DNA of 64,000 nt from Lytechinus pictus (Eukaryota): assembly GCF_037042905.1 (NCBI RefSeq), contig NC_087251.1, forward strand, positions 15,998,001 to 16,062,000, written 5' to 3'. The notes beneath the pieces were generated by a model. It searched no databases and was not told the DNA's origin. It saw only the letters and a program-made list of their open reading frames with translations. Shown here piece by piece: positions 53,601 to 64,000 of this stretch (the first letter of the stretch is position 1; each line of letters starts with the position of its first letter). The position numbers were made by a program, and so were the translations under genes.

Positions 53601-56600
53601 TCACGTATGCCTCAAGAAATTATTTAAACTCAACAATCCCCCTTATCCGTCTCCAGGGATACGCTTAAATCGAAGAGAATAAAAGTCAAAATGTGTTGAT
53701 AATCCTCATACACGTCAAACATATGGACTCATTTCATCTTCAAATATGCTTTCCAGTTTCGTGGGCATATGGACTCATGAATTTTATTACTCGATATTTC
53801 GCGGCAAGTCGTAATATTGATACAACCAAAAGACGTATAAAACTTCGAAGAGCAATTTTTAAGTATCGAAATATGCAATTTTATAAACATGTCGTGTGCA
53901 CTTGTCTTTCATTTGAGTTGTAGCCTATTGTGTAAGACATCATTTTTAGAAAATGAAAAGATTATTATTAATTATTGAAATGTCGAGACTTTTAAATATT
54001 TTAACTCTGCACTTTCATTCAGTATTCCTTTCTCCTTTCGTTTCTATTGTTTAATAGAATTCATTTCATTGAAATAGAAATAAAAAGAGAATAGCTGATC
54101 TAAGGTAGATAGCAAACAATTAAATTCTGAATGTCATTAATTAAAAAATATCCAAAACTATTGCAATGAAGAATTAATATAGAATCAACTCTAAAATCTC
54201 AAATTTGTACACACTCCATAGATTTGAAATTATATCCAAGTAGGGGGCAAGAGCCTTCTCCTCCCCCATCCCTTCTTTGCAGCTTATAACTATTATTTGA
54301 AATATGTGCAGGATTTATTTCTTAAATTGATTTCAATTCAACTTGAATTTTTCTTATTTCATACTTTCCGTGCAGTATCTGGATTCCCTTGTCTTCACAG
54401 TGTATTTTTTCGAAATTGATTTTTAATGATGTCAACCATTTATATATGAAATTTCAGTTAGGCCCATCTTGAATAGGTTTGAATAGGCGCCCCCCTGCCC
54501 ACACACACACACACACACACCCTCACACACACACAGGCAATGCTATACAATTTATTGTTCATCAGTTTCCATGAAGAGAGGTGTGCGTATCTTTTATTTT
54601 TTTGTTTCGCTTTTTGTGTGTGTTATATACCTATGCAGAATAAATTGAGCTCTTATCTTCTCCCATGTTGCCAATCTTGAATTTTCAACTAACCTGCACA
54701 AAATGTGTTCTTGTATTATTAGCATCCTCTTCGTTAGCAATACTCATCGTATATTCACGCTTTATTGATATGCATGTATACAAAACATTAAATCAGCGCG
54801 GACTTCGACCCATCCTTAATCAAACCTTTCTCAAGGATCGAGTCCTCTTCATGAAAAGAATGGGCGGTACGGATCGCATCCCTGTCAAACTCAGTAACCA
54901 TGACAACGGACACAGGTACACGGGGAAACGCAACGCTGAGATTTTTGACCTGTCCTCCGCTATCTGTTCTCTGTCTCAAGCGCGCGCGCTTGGTCCGTTT
55001 ATATTGAACTTATGAATGAGAAACGAAAAAGAAATCTTCACTTCTTTGGCTTCGGCGCGCTTTTCCACTTTCACTCCATCTCATCTGGCCGTGTTTCAAA
55101 AGGAGCACTCCAGCTACTAATTGTCTCTCTGAGGATAGAGAAGCTTGACGTGGGGACGACACTCCTTCTTAGTCTATCTCTCTCTCTCCAACTCTCTTCA
55201 CGCCGATTCTCCGCCGACTGGGCCCCGGTAAGAGTCGCATGCTTCATTCCAAGTACAATTTGGAGGGTTTGGGGGAAATACCAATTTGTTCAATTTCTTT
55301 TGGCTGAACTATTCTCCACTAGTGAGAGTTTTCAACTTAACCGTTTCCTTGTTGTGATGAAACACTTCTCATTATTTCTCAATGCCACCCTTTTTTATTC
55401 TGCCCTCCGATTCTAGGGCCCTTGTTCGATCGCAATTCCTGTTCTCACTTCAGCATAAGGGTGTGCAAGGGCTTTTTGACTTCTATCGAGTTAATTGAAT
55501 TATTTCGAGTCTCAATTGTCATTTAATTGCATCTTCGCCCACCATATTGGTGAGATGAGAGTCGTGTTGTCACGACAGCTACTGTAAACGTTTCTTACGT
55601 AATCTTTGATTCCACTTCACCAGACGGTCATCACTCATTTCGTTAAATATCGCTGCCAAAATGCAATTTACCTTTGCCCTTTATAGCGAAACTATAGCGA
55701 TGAAAGATGTTTTACGCTCTATTTTGATAAGTTCTTATACGATTCAAAATGGAACAGCATCATTCTTTGAAAAAAGTCTTGCTTGTAATGCTCTTTGTTT
55801 ACTTAGTTATATTAGTGTATTTCTTTTATTTTCCTTATTAATATTAATCTTTTAAAAATTTATTTTTTAAATGCTGTGTGAGTTTGAGAAATGCAACATT
55901 ATAACATTAGCAATTAAAGCAATATTATTCATTTTCATAGTCGTGATGTAGTCACGAGCATCAATGTCGGTACGATGTTGCGTGTATGGCACAACTGTAT
56001 CGCTACAAGTTTATTTAACTTGAACATTACTATCGACATCTACGATATCTCGTCATCGACGACATTGCCTTGATTGATCTACATCATATTCATATAGACA
56101 TCATGTTAAATAATAAAAAATGTATCATATTGATTTAATTGACTGTCGATATTACTGTTTCTTTACTTCGCAGTAAAGGTGGATAATTAAACCTGTAAAA
56201 TGAATAATTGATACGGCCTCACTTACTTTAACAGTTGTATACGCCGATCCTTTAGAATATATTTTTTTAAGATATGGTTTTTATATATTTTTCTTATTTT
56301 CGATAATTTCTATATACCTAATTGATATGAGACTTTGCGGTTGTCTTATCAGTATTCTGTTTGATAATGTTTGCTGAAGTACGTGATTCCATGCATGTCA
56401 AATTATTGAGTTGTCAATGCCGGTTCAGTTTGTTGCAATGACCTAATCGTGTCGAATACATCAAGATTAAACATGAATTATTTCATCGTCGTGTCAACAA
56501 CATGACTTTGCACATTTACATTTCAATGTCTGATCATGGCAAAATGTTAACTATTATTTTGTTCGTATATCGGGTTATAACCACCTTTTACATTATTCTA

Positions 56601-58066
56601 TTAACATTGTTCAATACAAAACAATTTTTTTTTGCATTTAACAAGATAATTCAATCAACTGTCTCATATAAACGACCTCACCCTAAAAATAGATTACCGT
56701 ACTCAATATTCTAAAAAGAGAGTATTTGCATGTTCCTTTGGTATACACTATTGCCAAATAAACTGTAAGAATAAAATGAAACATGCGCTTTACTAATTAA
56801 TTTACACTACGATAATGCATGCCTCATTTTACTCAATATCAGGTAAATTTGTCCACCGACAACATAATTTAGAATGCGTGTTCTGTTACATTACAGACGT
56901 TTAAAATTGCTTTTGTAAAATTCACGACTGACAATGATAATTATATTGCCAGAGTTTTAGAATATTGCTCATTTCATCATTTTCAGCTGTTTGATACATT
57001 GAGTTATAAAGAGAAATAAATTTATGTTCAATTTTGATATTGTATTTTCCTTCTCATATGGTAGGTTTATATGTCAAAAAATCTATTTCAAACATCGAGC
57101 TCGAGATCGGCTGAGGAGCGATAACTTTGTTTTTCTCCTTATCTTTTTTTTTTTTTTTTTGTATATTGTTGTAGTGTGCACAATCAGTTTGCAGGATAAA
57201 AAAATACCTCGTCTTGCCCTCAAACGCATATCATAAACCTCCATTTGAGAAGATACCATTTAAAATGTTTGTCATTGAAACAGGGGCTCATTTCAGTTTA
57301 TAGGTTGCATTTCAATAGCGGCGTGTCTCAACAGTCTAAATAAACTGAAGTTACGGCTTTCTTATTCCCGAGAGTGGGTCGGTACAGGATGTGAATTTGC
57401 GGAGATGTACACGAAAAGCACTCACAGTGAAGAAAATATTTTCCTGTCGGACAATGAACGAAGATATCATGACCGTATTAGCTTACAATTAAGAAAGGAC
57501 TGTTGCATTCTTGGCAATATCATCGTTATACACTCGATACCTTTTTGGCGCGAAATTGGGTGAAGAAATCGTGTTTGCTCTGACGATATCGGGAGAAGCG
57601 CATGCAGGTTTTGAAATTTGGCGCGTAACCGAAAACAAGGTAAACGAAGCTGGCACAATAGACAAATTGTGACTGCTTTATATTACTTGAAATCAAAGCT
57701 ACTTAAATATCTCTTTAGATCGGCTGAAAATATGGATCTTTTTTTTCTATTCTAATATAGACTTCTCTCAGTTATTTCAAATGTTGGTGGAAAGCGGACA
57801 CCATTAAAATATGTTACTTAGAGAAGAGGACTAGCCGTCTCTTCGCTTCTAAGTTTTCTTACAATGAAACTTCAGAACAAAAACGAATATGAGGAGATAC
57901 ATCTATCTTTTTATATAAGACGTTTGATTTAATGAATGACACTTAAAATACATTTTTACCATGTAGCCTTGTTATACGCCCGATATGATAACAAACTTAT
58001 CAGCAATCATTGACATTGTGTTATTCATACCAAAGTGTGTTGCCCAGAAACATGACTATCGGAATA

Positions 58067-58424
58067 CACTGTTAAAAATAAAACTGTTTAAAAAAAACAG
58101 TAATTATTACTGGCAGTACAAACAGTATGAACCGTTAAGTTACGATGGATTGTAACGATGAAAAAAAAAACTGGATAACTGTAAAAAAAAAATTAAAATA
58201 CGAACACTATACTGCAATCCACGTAAAAAACACGAAAGTTCATTGGTATTTTACAAAGGTTATTGTTCTTTACTTTGTTTTACATTCAACTTGTAATTCT
58301 ACGTTACATATCACTGCATTAATACGTTTGGTTTGTTACATCATTGTGCCGTCTGTTATCAAAAGGTAAACATCTTGTAAATTTACGATTTTTCTTGGTA
58401 AAATTATTAGCATTTTTAACAGTA
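58067..58424. mobile_element. CACTG-ended MITE (degenerate)
   Basis: CACTGTTAAAAAT ... ATTTTTAACAGTA, with ACTGTAAAA / TTTTAC-type subterminal repeats. Confidence 0.6.
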
Positions 58425-60027
58425 AACGCTTCGTGTTGAGACAATATCGATGAATATAAAGATAATACATTTTGTTTTTCCTGAAAATAAAATGAAGAAA
58501 ATAATGATTGAATAAACGAATGAATTAATTAATAAAGATTTATATGAATCAAGTCTAAAACTCCAGTACCTATACCATGTATACAGTCATGTACTGTTTG
58601 AACATCGGCTTCCGAGGATGACAATGTACCCTAAATTTAAACAACAACCTTATATGCTATACAGATACTACAAGAGACATCAGATTTCCTTTTTTATGTG
58701 TATCTGCCGACTTTAGCATTAAAGTATTTTTGTCGAATACATACCTAAAATATTCAAAGGTAATATTTAAAAAATATGTTTATTGGCGACGACAAATAAT
58801 TATGCCAACAGATTGACCCTGGCTTCGTCCATATTGTCTCTTTTAGTATACCTGGTATTTTATAAAACAAGGACTCCAAGAAAGAAGAAATATGTTTTAT
58901 GAATGTTATTGCATGTAATATGTTTTTTTTCTCGTTATTACATTTTGTATACTTATGGGGGTTTTTGTTTACTTTAATTCTGAAAAAAACGACATTCAGT
59001 CGTCATTAAAGTTGGAGAATAGATCTATATTCAAGAAAACTATCCTCATTGATGATTTTGAAGTACAAGTTATTTTGAGCAGACTGATAACATCACTAAA
59101 AATAGTAATGTACATTCTGAGTGGGTTAGTCAAATAACAACATCGCTTACGTGTAATATAGCGTGTCAGCGGGGTCACTGTATCTCATTCAAATAGTGAA
59201 GGATATTAAAGGTCGATATAATATTTTGCAAAATAAACATAAGCTTTAATCCACACGCAGGTGCAATTAATATTATATCGCACGCAGGTGGTACGTCCTA
59301 TATACTTTTGAGTATCGGGCATGTCGGGTGCATATCCCTGTCTCATGACCAGCCGTCCCTGGCCCGGTGGATGGTCGTAAGGTCAGACGAAGCTCAGAAT
59401 CGTAGAACCGCACTACCTGACTTAAAACATGTCTGAGTTTCCGATCATAAAATTTGTTTATAGATTATTATTATACTCTCTTCAAACAAAGGATGCATAT
59501 TCACGTGCGTTTACTTTACGTATAGAGTTCAAATATCTTCTTATCAGCTACACTTGACTAAGAAGGCCTCTTGATGCGAGCAAGCGACTGTCGGGGACGG
59601 AAGGCACAAAACTTGGACAGCACTCAAACTAAAGAACAACACAAGATTGCTTTGTAAATGTAACAATACTTGGGCGCACTATAAACTCAGGAGTTTAGCA
59701 CTTGAATTTGCTGTCGACGCGATGCTGATAAGATAGTGGGCTATGTCAGTGAGTGTAGTAGGTTGAATTAGTTTACTCTCTTACATCAACTCCATATGCA
59801 TACGCCAAAAGGCACGCGTGTGCTGGCGAAGGAAAAATAAACATTTAACCTCACTTTTGCCTCGGCTTTAAATTTCTTTAAATGCTCGTCTACATGAGAT
59901 CACTAGGGCGATTGATAAGAGTGACTCTGCAAAATTAAAATATGGAGAATTATTTTCATCAACCTCGATCATACCGTCATCGATATCATCCTTATTATGT
60001 TATTAGTAGTAGAGCTAGAATGATTTA

Positions 60028-60117
60028 TAATAATTATAATAAAAATAATGATGATGCTAATGATAATAATAATGATAAAAATAATGATAATAATAATGAT
60101 AATAATAATGATAAAAT
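60028..60117. repeat. (AAT/GAT)n low-complexity microsatellite
   Basis: Directly visible. Confidence 0.85.
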
Positions 60118-60611
60118 ATAATTTACTACTTATTGGGCATTGTATGACAGAAATTGTATTCTAAAACCCATTCTAAATAAATATTCAAATTATAAAATTG
60201 AATAAAAATGAACGACAAAAGACATTTTTAATACAATCTCTGGGTTTTAACTAAATGTATTAAGATAACATTTTGTTAGAATTATGAAAAAAATCATGAT
60301 TATACGCAAAATTACTCTAAGTCCCTCGAACAATTAATCTTCTCAAACATGGTCTAAAAGGGATTTGCATCCATTTTTTTAGATTATATTTTTAAATCGG
60401 TTATTGATTTCCCTTATTGCATTTTTCAGTTAACAAAATTGTTCGTCAAAAAATGATTTTCGTTTTACTCATCGTAATGTGAAACCCTATAAAAATTGAG
60501 ATGAACTTAGGAATTATAAAATTCATATCTAAAAATTAATTGTATTCTATCTATACTTCATTTGATCTTATCCAATTATTTGATATAATATGGTTCTAAT
60601 TTCGTTCATTA

Positions 60612-60812
60612 AATAATAATACATGAGGTTTGTATAGCGCACTTTCCATCTTGATTATATGTTCAAGGCGCTTCAGAGCAGATCAACATCAAAAGCTATT
60701 TACATAAAATACATGTATGAACAATAAGTCAATGTCTATCAAAAAGCACTCTTAAACAGGTATGTTTTCAGGTTGCCCTTGAAGGTGGTCGCTGAAGTCA
60801 AGAATATAGATT
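60612..60812 (-). mobile_element. 5'-truncated L2-clade LINE 3' end
   Basis: Minus strand encodes SIFLTSATTFKGNLKTYLFKSAF* (FKxxLKTxLF ORF2 C-terminus), then 3' UTR with AAGCGCCTTGA..GCGCTATACAAA and (ATT)n tail. Confidence 0.75.
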
Positions 60813-62881
60813 AAAACACAATGAAAATCACAATTCTATTTTTTTCCTGCACTGTACATACCTTCGAGTTCAGAGGTTCGGATAAAGTCATGCGCCCTCT
60901 CTGTCGAACATGTGGGTATAAAAGTTTACGTCTTTCGGATGGTGACGTTAAAGGTCGGTCCCAGACGTAAATAATCATATATGATTGATACACGTCTGAC
61001 AAAACTCAAATACACACACACACACACACACGTTCCACAGTGTTCAAAGTGAAAAAAAATGCAGGCAAAGTGCCCGTATTGGTGATTTTCAAACCAATGC
61101 AACTGTGAATGACCAGGAAAAATAAATTAAGAAAAAAATAATAATTGCAATGCCAAATAAAATACTGAGACCTCAACCACAACTAAAATAATACTGGAAT
61201 AATGCAAATACAAAACCAGTGCCAAGATTTTTGTTTAAGAAAGAGAACTACGTTTATGAAATTTAAAGAGTTATCGATCTAACATTATGTCTCTAATTTA
61301 ACACCAATTAACATAGATTTTATTTAGAGTGTTATCACTAATCTTCTAGGATGAAAATAGTTGAACTAAAGAAAAGGCATATACAAGATTTGTTTTCTAG
61401 TCTGTTGCTTTGTATGTTTTTCTGTCTTCATGAGACAAATTTTAAAAGTTATTTAGCTTTTATGTGCTTTGTTTCTTTTGCCTAAGGTGTATAGACGTAA
61501 GATTCAATCAAATCGGAAAATATACAATACCCTTCATCTCAAGTCTATCTCTAGAATGCAATATTGGTCTGATGGTGATTTTCTTAATGGTTTGATAGCT
61601 ATACAACAAACAAAAAAGGGTTACGATGTAGCCCTTGATATCAACAAACCCCAAACTAACTCATTAGAAGGCTAATCAAGATAAACACCAGGAAGAGAAC
61701 AGGACCAAAAATTACCCATTGATTGGCGAATGTCAATAAATTAATCGTAGTCCTGTCTTCAATGGAGCAATATAAGACGGACAAAATTGTGATTTATACC
61801 CTGTACTCACGGCTCCATATCTGTTTAGGGCTCGTGCATGTCTGTAGCATGGCAAAGATGATGAAGTTGGTGTCAGTCTCCATTTCTATAAACATCCGAT
61901 TCAAATGATGAGAAGCATTAAGAATGGATGACCTCATTTTGATTGTGGGCAATTAAATGATTAGAAAGATAAGTGGATGGGTATTGAGGCTTTGAATTAG
62001 ATGAATGTCATTAAATTTACGTAGTTGTTTTTGTTGAAATTGCACATGCAGGAATTGAGACGAAAAGGAAGACAACATTATTATTTGCCAAAAACGATGA
62101 AAAGTTAAAATGACCATTGACATTGAGTAAAGTAGATCATTCGCTAACTGACAGACGAATTCTTTGAAGTTTAAAACTGTTTTGATAGGTTTAGCAAGGA
62201 ATAGCAAGAAGTGATTGAGCGTGAATCTAATGCATAAAACCTACGTCATTAATTGATCGCCACTTGTATCTGTTAAAGTAACGCTGTTCCTCAACACATC
62301 AAAATATAATGATAGGGAGTTATCATTGACGATATTTCGTGCAACAGGAACATGACATCTTAATTTTTTTTTATTATGTTAATGAAGATAGAACAATGGT
62401 CAAAGTAATATTGGTACTGAAAGAGTCTGAGTATAGAGCTGTAAATCATGTTGGGTCTTCCTCTTTTTTTTCCTTCAGATTCAAGCTCTATGACAATCTA
62501 GACAGATTTTAGATAGACTATCGGATCGCAAGCGCAACACCACGATTGTACCTTAATTCAAATAGACCATGCAGGGAACCTGTTAGATAAAGAGTTGCAT
62601 TCAAATACAACTCCAAAAATCAAAGGCAACGTCATCTTCATGCAACCAATCAGAAGAGGGCACGTGGGACTTGCGTTTAACTTTTGCAGTTGCGATTTTT
62701 TTTGTATGATTCGGTATTAAGGCCAATGCACATTCTTATAATCTGCGGTGTTTCACAAAGGTTTAAGTGTGACTAAAATTGCACTTAAATCATAACGCAT
62801 CATCGTCTGGTGGTCAGATTCAAACAAGAGGACTCGTATTGTTCATATTGGAAGGGTATGATATTAATCAGTGAGTGAGAG

Positions 62882-62892
62882 CCCCCCCCCCC

Positions 62893-62923
<31 letters not shown>
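62882..62923. repeat. Adjacent poly(C) and ~30-nt poly(A) homopolymers
   Basis: Directly visible. Confidence 0.8.
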
Positions 62924-62926
<3 letters not shown>

Positions 62927-64000
62927 AGATTAGAACACCCATTAATTTGAGCTAGAATAGTACAAGACGATATATTACATGACTGCGGATGTATTGCCTT
63001 GTTGTGATTTTCTGTTGGAAATGATTTTTTTAATAATAATTTTAACCATAATCATAACCAGCATAACATTTCAACTTGACCCCCCATTTCATTGTCGGAT
63101 TGGTTTATTAGTGATCAGACAACAATACTGTAGAATGATGAATGATAGGTAATCTATGGTTACGTTTGTTTTCTCCAATCCACTCCTAGGAGTTTTGTAA
63201 TCACTGACATAGAAGCAAATATATACTCGACTCCTGATGGTGTGATCACGATTGCTGGATTGCATGCGAAGTAATAAAGAAATAATAGCATTTATGTCAA
63301 TAGCAACCAGGAAACTATACAGACTCGGGAGTTGTATTTGTAAATAACAAAGAGATTATCAAGTACAACGGGATATGAAGATGACTGAGTTTATCTTTTT
63401 TTTTCATTTCTTAAAGAAAAAAGTTAAGCCAAAAAGTTACCAAATATTGGTTAAAAGGGGGAAGATATTCGTCAAGCATGAAGTTTGTGCCATTTAGGTG
63501 AAATAGAATCTAAAAGTTTAAATACTTCTTTAAGTTTCAATGACACATTGAGTATTTAGTACGTTTTTTTTTTACTGTAAACATGCATGACATTTTTTTT
63601 TTATCCAAAACTATACACTTAGGTCTGACGATTACACACTAGAATGTAATGTTTTAAGGGACCATTAAATATTTAAAAAAAAGATAATTGGAATATTATT
63701 GAACATGAAATGTAAGAGGTGCGATTCTACTGAAAAATAATTATTGAGACATACAGAAAGTCTTGTAACTATTTTGAAAGATATTTTACAATATTTTTGT
63801 AATGGGTGGAATATATCTCGAATTTCTGAATTAAAAGAAGTGTGGAATCATCTTCAATTCGTAATGAAGACTCTCATTAAATCGGAGATGAAAAGAGAGG
63901 CCTTTTTTGTGTACACACGACCTGACTTTTTGTCACAACTTGAGGTATTTAATGACCTTTCAAGCGACAAATTCTAAGTTGACATTAGGGAGAGTCAACA

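Noticed and set aside
54665..55416. 116-aa and 134-aa ORFs, the first with a hydrophobic N-terminus
   Set aside because: No recognisable family or exon structure; length compatible with chance in a GC-richer island
62460..62560. Strong plus-strand acceptor (tttttccttcag) as a coding exon
   Set aside because: Stops in all three frames within 35 nt and no convincing donor; a non-coding exon cannot be excluded

Overview
AT-rich eukaryotic genomic DNA; the repeat content looks echinoderm/sea-urchin-like (inference, not verifiable here). 1-5510: a near full-length Tx1-clade (L1 group) non-LTR retrotransposon, with ORF1 cut by the window edge and carrying one frameshift, and an intact 1285-aa APE-RT-CCHC ORF2. 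It ends directly in a ~730-bp (TTTC)n tract. 6504-13762: a four-coding-exon, 347-aa GT43 glucuronosyltransferase gene (B3GAT3/GlcAT-I-like) with phase-consistent GT-AG splicing. The remaining ~50 kb has no recognisable protein-coding exon. It holds many non-autonomous DNA transposons (Kolobok-, Harbinger-, CACT- and hAT-like, some nested, several with TSDs), tRNA-derived SINEs, LINE 3' tails, microsatellites and some speculative non-coding exons. The most notable hidden feature is a 98-bp insertion at 27234-27331, flanked by a perfect 13-bp duplication, that carries a complete minimal type I hammerhead ribozyme on the minus strand (Penelope-like). No CRISPR or prokaryotic system is present.
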